A DNA stretch of 64,000 nt from positions 1,376,001 to 1,440,000 of the forward strand of contig OZ220691.1 of assembly GCA_965116475.1 (NCBI GenBank), read 5' to 3'. The translations under genes and the position numbers were made by a program. Shown here one piece after another: positions 9,253 through 19,249 of this stretch. This DNA comes from Gemmatimonadota bacterium. Lineage in GTDB: Bacteria > Gemmatimonadota > Gemmatimonadetes > Palauibacterales > Palauibacteraceae. The first letter of the stretch is position 1, and each line of letters opens with the position of its first letter. The notes under the pieces are model-generated. The model was not told the origin of the DNA. It saw only the letters and a program-made list of their open reading frames with translations, and made no database searches.

Positions 9253-10053
9253 GTGCCTCTGAACCCGAGTTCGTTTCTGTACGAGGTCGATGCCGCGACA
9301 TCCGTCGCGACGATCACGCTGAACCGTCCGGAACGGCGCAATGCGCTGACCTTCGAGGTTTACGACGAACTCCGCCACACGTTCCGCGCGCTCGACCGCG
9401 AGCCCGGGGTGCGCGCGGTCGTGATCACCGGGGCCGGCGCCGCCTTCTGCACGGGCGGAGACGTGCGCGACATCATCGGACCGCTCCTCGAGATGGACGC
9501 CGCGGAATTGCTCGAATTCACGCGCATGACGTGTGACCTGATCGCCGCCATGCGGGAGTGCGGCCGGCCCGTCGTCGGCGCCCTGAACGGCACGGTGGCG
9601 GGGGCCGGGGCCGTGATCGCGACCGCCTGCGATGTGCGGATCGCGGCGGAATCCGCGAAGATCGCCTACCTGTTCACGCGGGTCGGGCTTTCCGGCGCCG
9701 ACATGGGGATCGCCTGGCTCCTGCCGCGAATCATCGGTCTCGGACGGGCGACGGAGCTGCTGATGACGGGCGATTTTCTCGACGCACGGGAGGCGCTCCG
9801 CGTCGGACTGTACAATCGGATCGTGCCCGATGGCGAGGCGCTCGCCGCCGGGACGGAGTGGGCGGCGCGGCTGGCGGCGGGACCCTCCGCCGCGCTGGCC
9901 GTCACCAAGCGCGCCCTGGAGAAAGAGGCACACATGACGTTGCGCGACGCGCTCGACGAGGAGGCCCGCCTGCAGGCCGCCTGCATGGAGGACCCGAACT
10001 TCCGCGAGGGCTTCCGCGCCTTCGTCGAGAAGCGGGCCGCGGTGTTCTCGTGA
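9253..10053 (+). CDS. enoyl-CoA hydratase/isomerase family protein
   Basis: TLNRPERRNAL, AFCTGGDV, GAGAV, GADMG, NFREG..AF.EKR. Confidence 0.92.
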   Translation: MPLNPSSFLYEVDAATSVATITLNRPERRNALTFEVYDELRHTFRALDREPGVRAVVITGAGAAFCTGGDVRDIIGPLLEMDAAELLEFTRMTCDLIAAMRECGRPVVGALNGTVAGAGAVIATACDVRIAAESAKIAYLFTRVGLSGADMGIAWLLPRIIGLGRATELLMTGDFLDAREALRVGLYNRIVPDGEALAAGTEWAARLAAGPSAALAVTKRALEKEAHMTLRDALDEEARLQAACMEDPNFREGFRAFVEKRAAVFS

Positions 10054-11210
10054 TCGACCTCCACCCCGTCCGCGCCTTTCTCGAGCCGCGGCACCTCGAA
10101 CTCGGGGAGGGGCTTGGAAACTATGCAGCGGCCGAGTTCGCCGAACACGCGCATCGGGACGATGATGATCTCGCCCGCCGCTACGCCCGGGAGATCTGCG
10201 CATCCCTGGGGCGGGGCGGCTGGCTGAAGGCGGTCGCCCGACAGGACTTCCGGGCCTGTTCCGTGACGCGCGAGACGCTGGCCTTCTACTCGCCGCTCGC
10301 CGACGCGATGTTCGCGCTCCAGGCGCTGGGCTCGACCCCGATCGCGCTGGCCGGCGACGAGAGGCAGCGGCGGCTGTGGCTCGACCGCGCCATCCGCGGG
10401 CGGGCCGTGGCCGCCTTCGCGATGAGCGAGCCGGAGGCGGGGTCCGACGTCGCCGCCATGCGCACGACCGCCGTCCGGGACGGAAACGACTACGTCCTCA
10501 ACGGCGTGAAGACCTTCATCTCGAACGCGGGGATCGCGGACTTCTATCTCCTGTTCGCGGTCACCGACCCGGGCGAGGGCGTGGCGGGGATCTCCGCCTT
10601 CCTCCTCCCGGCCGATACGAAGGGGTTCCGCTTCGTGCGGCCGCTGCTGATGGCCGACCCCCACCCGCTGGGCGAGATCGCGCTCGAGGACTGCCGGCTG
10701 CCGGCCACGGCCCGCGTCGGAGGCGAGGGCCAAGGGTACAAGCTCGGGCTCGCGACGCTCGACCGCCTGCGCCCCACCGTCGGCGCAGCGGCCTGCGGGA
10801 TGGCGGGCCGCGCGCTGCACGAGGCGCTCCACCACGCCCTGACGCGCCGGCAGTTCGGGCGGGCGCTGGCCGATTTCCAGATCACGCAGGAGAAGGTGGG
10901 ACGCATGGGCACGGACCTCACCGCCGCCCGGCTCCTCGTGTACCGGGCGGCCTGGGAGCGCGACGGCGGCGCGGACCGGACGGACCTCGAAGCCGCCATG
11001 GCAAAGTCCTTCGCAACCGAAATCGCGCAGGGCGTGGTGGACGACGCCGTGCAGATCCTCGGCGGACGGGGCGTGCTGGCGGACCACCCGGTCGACCGGC
11101 TCTACCGTTCCGTGAGGGCCCTCCGCATCTACGAGGGCGCCACCGAGATTCAGCGTCTCATCATCGCGCGTCATCTGCTCGACGCCGCGCGCGGCGAGAG
11201 CGACCTCTGA
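10050..11210 (+). CDS. acyl-CoA dehydrogenase
   Basis: AFAMSEPEAGSD, NGVKTFISNAG, RRQFGR, QILGG, IYEGATEIQR; GTG start overlapping the upstream TGA. Confidence 0.93.
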   Translation: MIDLHPVRAFLEPRHLELGEGLGNYAAAEFAEHAHRDDDDLARRYAREICASLGRGGWLKAVARQDFRACSVTRETLAFYSPLADAMFALQALGSTPIALAGDERQRRLWLDRAIRGRAVAAFAMSEPEAGSDVAAMRTTAVRDGNDYVLNGVKTFISNAGIADFYLLFAVTDPGEGVAGISAFLLPADTKGFRFVRPLLMADPHPLGEIALEDCRLPATARVGGEGQGYKLGLATLDRLRPTVGAAACGMAGRALHEALHHALTRRQFGRALADFQITQEKVGRMGTDLTAARLLVYRAAWERDGGADRTDLEAAMAKSFATEIAQGVVDDAVQILGGRGVLADHPVDRLYRSVRALRIYEGATEIQRLIIARHLLDAARGESDL

Positions 11211-13528
11211 GGATCGTCTGCGTCGGAGGCGGGCCGGCCGGCCTGTACTTCGCGATCCTGATGAAGCGCTCGGATCCGGCGCACGAAGTCATCGTCCTCG
11301 AACGCAACCGCCCCGGCGACACCTACGGCTTCGGCGTCGTGTTCTCCGACGCCACGCTGGAGGAACTCGCCGCCGCGGACCCCGAGAGTTACGAGGCGAT
11401 CGTGCGGTCCTTCCACCACTGGGACGACATCGACATCCACTACCGGGGCCACCGGCTCACGTCGACCGGACACGGTTTCAGCGGCCTCGCGCGCACGGCC
11501 CTCCTCGAGATCCTCGAGTCGCGGGCGCGCGGACTCGGCGTCGACCTGCGGTGCGGCGTGGAAGTCGAGTCGGAAGACGCCTACGCCGGCGCCGATCTCG
11601 TCCTCGCCGCCGATGGCGTGAACAGCGGCCTGCGGGACCGATACGCCGCCGCGTTCGGCCCGCGCGTCGATCTTCGTCCGAACCGCTTCGTGTGGCTCGG
11701 CACGACCAAGCCCTTCCCCGCCTTCACGTTTTATTTTTGGGAGACCGAACACGGCCTGTGGCGCGTGCACGCGTATCAGTACAGGCCCGGCGACGGGCGC
11801 GGCGGCAGGCCCGGCGTCAGGCGCGGCGGCAGGCCCGGCGGCGCAGGGGGGGACGCCATCTCCACCTTCATCGTCGAGGCCACCGAGGCGACGTGGCGCG
11901 CCGCCGGCATGGACGCCGCCTCCGAGGAGGAGACCGTCGCCTTCCTCGAGGATACGTTCCGCGACGAACTGGGCTCCCATCGACTCGTCGCGAACCGCTC
12001 CATCTGGCGTGGCTTCCCGACCGTCCGGAACCGGTCGTGGCGCCACGGCAACATCGTGCTCGTCGGCGACGCGGCGCACTCGGCCCACTTCTCCATCGGG
12101 TCGGGCACCCGGCTCGCGATGATCGACGCGATCTCGCTGCACGAATCGCTCCTCGCCCACGATCTCGCGGTGGCGCCCGCCTTGGAGGCCTACGAGACGG
12201 CCCGCCGGCCCGAGGTCGAGAGCGTGCAGAGGGCGGCCCAGGCGAGCCTCGAATGGTTCGAGGGCACCGAGCGTTTCCTGGAGACGGAACCCCTGCAGTT
12301 CGCCTTCAACCTCATCACGCGCAGCCTCCGCATCACGCACTCCAACCTCGCCCTGCGCGACCCCGGGTTTACCGCGCGCGTCGACCGCTGGTTCGCGGAA
12401 CGGGCCGCAGTGGGCGCCGTCGCGGGCGGCCCGGCACCGCCTCCACTCCTCGCCCCGTTCCGGCTCCGGGAACTCGAGTTGAAGAACCGGGTCGTCGTCT
12501 CGGCCATGTGCCAGTACTCCGCGGAGGACGGGACGCCGGACGACTGGCACCTGGTGAACCTCGGCAGCCGCGCGATCGGGGGGGCCGGCCTCGTGATGTC
12601 GGAGATGACGGACGTGAGCCGGGAGGGCCGTATCTCACTGGGCTGCACCGGAATGTACGCTCCCGCCCACGTCGGGGCCTGGAAGCGCATCGTCGATTTC
12701 GTGCACCGCCATTCCGACGCGGCGATCGGCGTGCAGCTCGGGCACGCGGGCCGGAAGGCTTCCACCCATCTCTCCTGGGAGGGCGACAACGAACCGCTGG
12801 AGGAGGGCGGCTGGCCGATCATGGCCGCTTCCCCCGTGCCGTGGTTCGAACACAGCCCGGTGCCGCGCGAGATGACGCGGCGGGACATGGATCGGGTGAC
12901 GGCCGAGTTCCGCCGCGCGGCGGAAATGTCGGAGGAAGCCGGGTTCGACCTGCTGGAGATCCACTTCGCGCACGGCTACCTGCTGGCCAGCTTCATCTCG
13001 CCCCTCACGAACCTCCGCGAGGATGAGTACGGGGGAGACGTGGACGGACGGCTGCGCTTCCCGCTCGAGGTGCTCGCGGCGGTGCGATCGGCGTGGCCGC
13101 CGGAAAAGCCGATTTCAGTCCGGATCTCCGCGGTGGACTGGGCGGAGGGCGGGATGACCGCGGACGGCGCCGTCGAGATTGCGCACCGCCTGAAGGAGGC
13201 GGGCGTGGACATCATCGACGTCTCGGCGGGGCAGACCGTCCCCTGGCAGGAGCCGGTCTACGGCCGCCAGTACCAGACGCCCTTCTCGGACCGCATCCGG
13301 CACGAGGCGGGGATCGCCACCATGGCCGTGGGCAACATTTCCTCCTTCATGGACGTGAACACGATCCTCGCGGCGGGGCGCGCGGACCTCTGCTGTCTCG
13401 CCCGCGCGCACCTCTGGGACCCATACTGGACCCGGCACGCCGCCTACGCTTCGGGGGCGCCGATCCCCTGGCCGCCGCAGTATTCGTCGCTGGACGGCTA
13501 CACGCCGAGATTCGAGTGGGGGTACTGA
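11207..13528 (+). CDS. abmA: bifunctional anthraniloyl-CoA monooxygenase/reductase (salicylyl-CoA 5-hydroxylase-like): FAD hydroxylase + OYE-type NADH:flavin oxidoreductase
   Basis: GGGPAG, ADG.NS and GDAAH.AHFSIGSGT flavin monooxygenase motifs, followed by SAMCQYS, QLGHAGRK and H.AHGYL OYE motifs; the start appears to be CTG at 11207. Confidence 0.9.
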   Translation: MRIVCVGGGPAGLYFAILMKRSDPAHEVIVLERNRPGDTYGFGVVFSDATLEELAAADPESYEAIVRSFHHWDDIDIHYRGHRLTSTGHGFSGLARTALLEILESRARGLGVDLRCGVEVESEDAYAGADLVLAADGVNSGLRDRYAAAFGPRVDLRPNRFVWLGTTKPFPAFTFYFWETEHGLWRVHAYQYRPGDGRGGRPGVRRGGRPGGAGGDAISTFIVEATEATWRAAGMDAASEEETVAFLEDTFRDELGSHRLVANRSIWRGFPTVRNRSWRHGNIVLVGDAAHSAHFSIGSGTRLAMIDAISLHESLLAHDLAVAPALEAYETARRPEVESVQRAAQASLEWFEGTERFLETEPLQFAFNLITRSLRITHSNLALRDPGFTARVDRWFAERAAVGAVAGGPAPPPLLAPFRLRELELKNRVVVSAMCQYSAEDGTPDDWHLVNLGSRAIGGAGLVMSEMTDVSREGRISLGCTGMYAPAHVGAWKRIVDFVHRHSDAAIGVQLGHAGRKASTHLSWEGDNEPLEEGGWPIMAASPVPWFEHSPVPREMTRRDMDRVTAEFRRAAEMSEEAGFDLLEIHFAHGYLLASFISPLTNLREDEYGGDVDGRLRFPLEVLAAVRSAWPPEKPISVRISAVDWAEGGMTADGAVEIAHRLKEAGVDIIDVSAGQTVPWQEPVYGRQYQTPFSDRIRHEAGIATMAVGNISSFMDVNTILAAGRADLCCLARAHLWDPYWTRHAAYASGAPIPWPPQYSSLDGYTPRFEWGY

Positions 13529-13586
13529 GGACGCGGGCGTACTGCGGACGCGGGCGTACCGAGGACGGGCCGCCGGAAGGAGCTTC

Positions 13587-14390
13587 ATGGCGCACGGAAA
13601 ATACCTGACCTACGCCGGATACCTGCACCTCGACGAGTTGCTGTCGCTCCAGGTGGAGCAGTCGGGCGAGGGCGGCGACCCCGAGCACGATGAGATGCTG
13701 TTCATCATCATCCACCAGGTGTACGAGCTGTGGTTCAAGCAGCTCCTGCACGAACTCGCATTCGCGCGCGACCGGATGGGGGCGGACGACATGCCGCGGC
13801 TCCTGCACACGATGGAACGCATCCTCGCGATCCTGAAGGTGCAGGTCGCGCAGCTGGACATCCTGGAGACGATGCGTCCGCTGGAGTTCCTCGCCTTCCG
13901 CCAGCGGCTGGAGGAGGCGAGCGGCCTGCAGTCGTACCAGTTCCGCGAGCTCGAGTTCATTCTCGGCCACAAGCGGAGGGACGTATTCGACCGCTACCCG
14001 GAGGGAAGCGACGCGCGCCGGCGGCTCGACGCCCGCTACGGGGAACCGTCGCTGTGGGCCGCCTTCCTTCGGTTTCTGCACGCGCGCGGGTACGCGATCC
14101 CGGCGGAGGACCTGGAGCGGGACGTCACGGCGCCGACCGAGCCCTCGGCGGGCGTGCGGGCCGCCCTCATCCGGCTCTACCGGGAGGATCCGCAACTCGT
14201 CCAGCTGTGCGAGCGGTTGGTGGACCTCGACGAGGGACTCCAGGAATGGCGCTACCGGCACGTGAAGATGGTGGAGCGCACGATCGGGGCGCGGCCCGGC
14301 ACCGGCCAGACGGGGGGCGCCGCCTACCTGAGGAAGTCGCTGAACCACCCGGTGTTTCCCGACCTGTGGGCGATCCGCACCGACCTGTGA
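13587..14390 (+). CDS. kynA: tryptophan 2,3-dioxygenase
   Basis: Y..YL.LD.LL..Q, HDEMLFIIIHQVYELWFK, ASG.QS.QFRE.EF, WR.RH..MVERTIG, GTG.TGG..YL. Confidence 0.95.
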   Translation: MAHGKYLTYAGYLHLDELLSLQVEQSGEGGDPEHDEMLFIIIHQVYELWFKQLLHELAFARDRMGADDMPRLLHTMERILAILKVQVAQLDILETMRPLEFLAFRQRLEEASGLQSYQFRELEFILGHKRRDVFDRYPEGSDARRRLDARYGEPSLWAAFLRFLHARGYAIPAEDLERDVTAPTEPSAGVRAALIRLYREDPQLVQLCERLVDLDEGLQEWRYRHVKMVERTIGARPGTGQTGGAAYLRKSLNHPVFPDLWAIRTDL

Positions 14391-15610
14391 CCGGACACCG
14401 CACCAGCCTGGCGCCGGAGGATCTCTACCGGGAGCCGAACGCGCTGGCCCCGGACTACTCCCGCTTCCGGGTCGCGGAGCGGCTGCTCCTCACGGGACAT
14501 TCGCACCAGGCGTGGCCCGACTGCGGGTTCGCGGGACAGCGCCGGGCCTGGGAGGACGCCGCCCGCCTGGTGGATGGGAAGTGGGAGGAGGCGTTCGCCC
14601 GCGGGAATCGGGTCCGCGCCGGGTACGCCGAACTCCTCGGACGCCCGGGGCGCCCGGACGAAGGGGACTACGCGCTGGGTTCGAACACGCACGAACTCGT
14701 GGTCCGCTTCCTCTCCGCCCTGCCCCTGCGCGCGCGACCCCGGCTCGTGACGACCGCAGGGGAGTTCCACTCCATTCGGCGCCAGCTCGACCGCCTGGAG
14801 GAGGAGGGGCTGGCCGTCGTTCGCGTGCCCGTGGAGCCGATCGATTCCCTCTCCGAGCGGCTCGGCCTCGCGACGGACGACGCGACGGCGGCCGTGCTCG
14901 TCTCCGCCGTCCTCTACCGCGACGCCCGTATCGTCGCTGGGCTCGACCGCGTGGCGGAGCGCTGCGAACGGGTGGGGTGCCACCTGCTCGTGGACGCCTA
15001 CCACGCGCTGAACGCGATCCCCTTCGACCTCTCGAGCCTTGGGCTCGAAGGCGCGTTCGTGGTGGGGGGCGGCTACAAGTACTGCCAGCTCGGCGAGGGG
15101 AACTGCTTCCTTCGGGTCCCGCCGGACTGCCGGCTGCGCCCCGCCGTCACGGGTTGGTTCGCGGAGTTCTCGGCGCTGCACGGGGGGAAGGACGAGCGGC
15201 GGGTGCAGTACGGACCGGGAGCGGAGCGATTCGCGGGCAGCACGTACGATCCGACGAGCCACTACCGGGCGGCCGAGGTGTTCGACTTCTTCCGGGAGCG
15301 GGGCCTCGCGCCGGAGTTGCTGCGCGCGGTGAGCCGGCACCAGGTGGACCGTCTCGCGCGGGGGTTCGACGGACTCGACGCGGACCCGGAACTCGTGGAC
15401 CGCGACCGGGAGACGCCGCTCGAGGCCGTGGGCGGCTTCCTCGCGCTCCGGACGCCGCGGGCGCGGGACTTCCACGAGGCGCTCGTGGCTCGTGGCGTGG
15501 CGACGGACTACCGCGACGACCTGCTGCGGCTGGGTCCCGCCCCCTATCTCAGCGACCGGCAGCTGGACGACGCGGTCGCCGCCCTCGGAGAGGTGGCGGC
15601 CGGGTTCTAG
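14387..15610 (+). CDS. kynU: kynureninase (PLP, class V)
   Basis: GHSHQAW, DAYH, GGGYKY PLP-lysine, TGWF; translationally coupled to kynA. Confidence 0.88.
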   Translation: MTGHRTSLAPEDLYREPNALAPDYSRFRVAERLLLTGHSHQAWPDCGFAGQRRAWEDAARLVDGKWEEAFARGNRVRAGYAELLGRPGRPDEGDYALGSNTHELVVRFLSALPLRARPRLVTTAGEFHSIRRQLDRLEEEGLAVVRVPVEPIDSLSERLGLATDDATAAVLVSAVLYRDARIVAGLDRVAERCERVGCHLLVDAYHALNAIPFDLSSLGLEGAFVVGGGYKYCQLGEGNCFLRVPPDCRLRPAVTGWFAEFSALHGGKDERRVQYGPGAERFAGSTYDPTSHYRAAEVFDFFRERGLAPELLRAVSRHQVDRLARGFDGLDADPELVDRDRETPLEAVGGFLALRTPRARDFHEALVARGVATDYRDDLLRLGPAPYLSDRQLDDAVAALGEVAAGF

Positions 15611-15622
15611 TTCGACCCGAGG

Positions 15623-16339
15623 CTAGTCGGATCGGGCAGCGCGCCGCACGGCCCAGTCGAGGTCGGCGCGGCTGTCCACGCCGCGGACCATCGTGTCGAG
15701 TTCGCCGATGCCGCCCAGCTCTGCGGCGGTGACGGTTCGCACCCGCAACCGCTCCAGGAAGCCCATCATCGAGGGCGACGGGTCGCCGGACGCCGCGGAG
15801 CGCGCCACGAGCCGCGCGGCCAGCCGGCCGACCTCCCGCCGATAGGCGGCGCACAGCGGCTGGGCCCGGCCGCGCGCGTACGGCACGACGGCGTCCGACT
15901 CGACGTCGCCCTCGAGTTCACGGCTCAGCCAGGCCACGAGATCCGGCGTGACGAAGGGGAGGTCGCCCGCCAGCACGACGCAAACCGCGCCCCGCACCGC
16001 GTCCAGGCCGGAGGCCACGCCGGCGAGGGGGCCCAGGTCGGGCACCGGGTCGGGCGCGACGAGCAGGCTGCGGCCGCTCGGGCTGCGGAGCGCGACCGAG
16101 CCCGGCGGCCCGGCGCTTTCGGCCTCGGCCGCGCCGGGCTCCCAGCCTTCCGCGGCGAGGGCGCGCCGGAAGGGCGGAACCTCGCGTACCGCCAGCACCG
16201 CGTCCTCGAGCTGCACCGTGGCTTCGAGGATCCGCGACAGGACGGTGCGGCCGCCGATCTCGACCAGCGGCTTGTCGCGGCCGAGGCGGCGGGAACGTCC
16301 GCCGGCCACGATCACGAGCGACCGGTCCGGCCCGCTCAC
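15623..16339 (-). CDS. mobA: molybdenum cofactor guanylyltransferase
   Basis: AGGRSRRLGRDK, GPLAG, AGDLPF, QPLCAAY. Confidence 0.85.
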   Translation of the reverse strand: MSGPDRSLVIVAGGRSRRLGRDKPLVEIGGRTVLSRILEATVQLEDAVLAVREVPPFRRALAAEGWEPGAAEAESAGPPGSVALRSPSGRSLLVAPDPVPDLGPLAGVASGLDAVRGAVCVVLAGDLPFVTPDLVAWLSRELEGDVESDAVVPYARGRAQPLCAAYRREVGRLAARLVARSAASGDPSPSMMGFLERLRVRTVTAAELGGIGELDTMVRGVDSRADLDWAVRRAARSD

Positions 16340-16794
16340 GCTCGGGGAGCCCCCCCGGCGCCCGGCACCGCCGCCCCGGACGCGGGCGCGGACGTGGGCA
16401 CCACGCCCAACTCCGCCAGCAACGCGGCCACCCGCCGCCGAATGTCCTCCCGGACCGCGCGGAACTCCTCCGGCGGCAGGTCCTTCGGGTCCTTCACCTC
16501 CCAGTCCTCCCGCCGCCGCGCGGGCACGTGCGGACACGCGTCGCCGCACCCCATGGTGACGACCGCATCGAATGGCCCGGGCGGCACGTCGTCCAACCCC
16601 TCCGACCGGTGGGCGCCGAGATCGTAGCCCAACTCCGCCATGGACTCGATCGCGCGCGGGTTCACGACGCCCGAAGGCCGGGACCCGCCGCTCGACGCCT
16701 CCACGCCGCCGCCGGCCAGCATGCGGGCGAAGGCTTCCGCCATCTGGCTCCGGCAGGAGTTCTCCACACAGACGAAGAGGAGCCGCGGGCGCAC
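16336..16794 (-). CDS. arsC: arsenate reductase / LMW protein tyrosine phosphatase
   Basis: CVENSCRSQMAE P-loop, MGCGDACP, W...DP. Confidence 0.9.
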   Translation of the reverse strand: MRPRLLFVCVENSCRSQMAEAFARMLAGGGVEASSGGSRPSGVVNPRAIESMAELGYDLGAHRSEGLDDVPPGPFDAVVTMGCGDACPHVPARRREDWEVKDPKDLPPEEFRAVREDIRRRVAALLAELGVVPTSAPASGAAVPGAGGAPRA

Positions 16795-16819
16795 GGGGTT
16801 CTCCGCCGGCCCGTCCCGG

Positions 16820-19102
16820 TCAGCCCCCGAGGACGTTGAACTGCCGGCTGAACTTGACGATCAGCGAGCGGCCCTGCGGCCCGTGCAGATCCTCGATCCC
16901 CTGGATGTCGTTGTAGACGATGAACAGGCCGGTCCCCGCCGTGTTGAGCCACCCGAACCGCACGTTGGCGGAGAAGGTGTCGAGCTGCGTCGAGTACTGG
17001 ACGAGCGACTGCAGGTAGATCCGCGGCGTGAAGAAGTACCCGAAGTTCACCCCCGCCAGCGTCGTGACGAAGTCACCGTGCTCCAGCGTGACGTTGTTGT
17101 AGTCGAGCCGGAGCGACGTGCTGAACGAGGAACCCGGCCGCACGGTCAGCGTCCCGTTCAGGCTGCGGCGCGAACCCGACAGGAATTGGCCGATGTTCGC
17201 CCCGCTGCGGAAGGAGACCTTCGCCGATTCGTTCGTCCAGAACCGCAGCTGCGTTTCCCACCCGTCGTACGTCCCGGCGGGCACGGTCACGTCCGTGCCG
17301 AAGATCGTGAACGGTTCGTACAGCCCTTCCCGGTTCCAGTTCATGCCGGTGTGGGCCTCCATCCCGTCGTTGAACTCCCAGTGCGTGTCGATGTGGAGCC
17401 GCGCAGACTCCTCGAACCCCGGCGCCACGCCCGTCTTGTCGCTCCGGAAGGTGAAGTAGGAGACGTGCGGGCGGATCTCGCGGAAGGTCTCGGCCGGATG
17501 GATGTTGTGCATCAGAAAGACCTGGTAGTACTTGTGGCCCGCCCGCCGCAGGAAGCCCACTTCGGGGTTGAAGTTCTCGCCGAAGTGCTGGTACTGGAGA
17601 TTCCCCCGCCACTTGCGGGTCGTGAGACCGAAGGTCGCGTCGAACGCCCCGTCCGCGTCCGTCAGGCCGGGGGTCGCCGTCCTCGCCCCCCACGCCGTCA
17701 GCGTCCACGCCTCCCCCAGCCCCAGTTGTCCATCCACCGCCCAGGTCCGGTTGTAGTCGCCGGAAGCGCTCCCGTCGCGGTTGATGAAGGCGCCGCCGAT
17801 CCGCGACCGGTTCGGCAGTTCACGCGCCACGCGGGCGACCGAGTACGCGTTCGCGCCCTGGACGCCCTCGATCCCGTCCGTCCCGATGTGCAGCATCCCG
17901 ACGTTGAACCCGGCCGCGCGCCCTGAGACGCGGGCGCCGCCGGTGATCGGGACCTGCCGGCCGTTGGCGATGCCGATGCGGCGGCTGAAGAAGAGATCCG
18001 CGCCGCCGCCCCCGACCGCGAAGAACCCCGCGTTCTCGAGGAAGAAGGGGCGCTTCTCCGGGAAGAGCAGGCTGAAACGCGTCAGGTTGACCTGCTGGTC
18101 GTCCACCTCCACCTGCGCGAAGTCCGTGTTGTACGTCGCGTCGAGCGTCATCCCCCGCGTGAGCTGGAGCTTGGCCTCGCCCCCGAAATCGTAGTTCTGA
18201 TCGAACGCCGTCTGCCCGCCCGCGTAGTCGCGCGCCGTCGAACCCAGCATGTACGGCGTGACCGAGCCGAGGCGCCGGAAGGGAAGCTCGAGCCCCGTCA
18301 GGTGGCCCGCGTAATTGAGCCGGTAGAGGTTGAACTCGCGGGGGACGGCGGACCAGAAGGACTCCTCGTTCCGGCGCCGGATCTGACGGGAGACGTTGAA
18401 GCCCCAGATCGGGTCGGTCCCGTAGCGCAGCGTGTTGAAGGGAATCCGGAACTCGGCGTACCAGCCCTCGCCGTCGCGGCTCGTCGCGACGTTCCAGGAG
18501 CCGTCCCAGTTCTTGTTGAAGCCTCCGCCGGCGCCGGATTGCATGCGCCGCTGGGTGTTGAAGCCGCCCCCAAGGAAGAAGCCGCCCCCGCGGCCTTCGT
18601 TGGCGACCTGTCCGTCGTACTCGATGCCCGCCGGCGTCGTCCCGAACACGAACGCGTTCTGGTAGTCGTGGTAGGTGTCGAACGCGAGCAGGACGTGGTC
18701 GGTCTCGGAAACCTCGGCGTCCCGGATCCGGTCTCCGGGGATGATCGCGGCGGGGTCCTCGTCGAAAGCCCAGACCCCGACGTAGATGGCCTCGTCGTCG
18801 AACACCATGCGCACTTCGGTGCGTTCGGACGCCGGCTGCCCGTCGAAGGGCTCGCGCTGGATGAAGTCCGTCATCACCGGAGCGCCGTTCCAGGCCGCAT
18901 CGTCCAGGGTTCCGTCGATGACGGGAGGCTGTGCCGTGCGGACCGCAAGACCCTCGATGGGAAGGGGCGACGCCTCGTCCGGTTCAGGCTGGCCCGGACC
19001 GTCCTGGGCGCGCAACTCCGGCGCCGGCACGAACAGGACGATGAGACAGGCGATCCCGCAGCTCGGCAGCCCGGGGAAACCGCGGTTTCTTCGGAAGCTC
19101 AT
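16820..19102 (-). CDS. DUF5916 / CBM9-like domain outer-membrane protein
   Basis: Signal peptide, PVIDG.LDDA.W, W.AEFRIPF.TLRY, NTDFAQVEVD..QVNL.RFSL.FPEKRPFFLE, FFSRRIG; beta-barrel-like C-terminal half. Confidence 0.85.
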   Translation of the reverse strand: MSFRRNRGFPGLPSCGIACLIVLFVPAPELRAQDGPGQPEPDEASPLPIEGLAVRTAQPPVIDGTLDDAAWNGAPVMTDFIQREPFDGQPASERTEVRMVFDDEAIYVGVWAFDEDPAAIIPGDRIRDAEVSETDHVLLAFDTYHDYQNAFVFGTTPAGIEYDGQVANEGRGGGFFLGGGFNTQRRMQSGAGGGFNKNWDGSWNVATSRDGEGWYAEFRIPFNTLRYGTDPIWGFNVSRQIRRRNEESFWSAVPREFNLYRLNYAGHLTGLELPFRRLGSVTPYMLGSTARDYAGGQTAFDQNYDFGGEAKLQLTRGMTLDATYNTDFAQVEVDDQQVNLTRFSLLFPEKRPFFLENAGFFAVGGGGADLFFSRRIGIANGRQVPITGGARVSGRAAGFNVGMLHIGTDGIEGVQGANAYSVARVARELPNRSRIGGAFINRDGSASGDYNRTWAVDGQLGLGEAWTLTAWGARTATPGLTDADGAFDATFGLTTRKWRGNLQYQHFGENFNPEVGFLRRAGHKYYQVFLMHNIHPAETFREIRPHVSYFTFRSDKTGVAPGFEESARLHIDTHWEFNDGMEAHTGMNWNREGLYEPFTIFGTDVTVPAGTYDGWETQLRFWTNESAKVSFRSGANIGQFLSGSRRSLNGTLTVRPGSSFSTSLRLDYNNVTLEHGDFVTTLAGVNFGYFFTPRIYLQSLVQYSTQLDTFSANVRFGWLNTAGTGLFIVYNDIQGIEDLHGPQGRSLIVKFSRQFNVLGG

Positions 19103-19105
19103 TTC

Positions 19106-19153
19106 ACGAACACCTCGGGCGACACGTTGGACGAACACCTTGGACGAACACCT
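19106..19153. repeat. ACGAACACCT x3, including a 13-bp tandem duplication, in a divergent promoter region
   Basis: Copies at 19106, 19131 and 19144. Confidence 0.85.
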
Positions 19154-19249
19154 TGAAGGATGGACCTGCATGCCCGGAGTCGAGGAAGGTAACACGTACC
19201 GGCTCCGCACGGTTGCAACGGAGAGCCGTCGATCTTTATGTTCAGAGAT

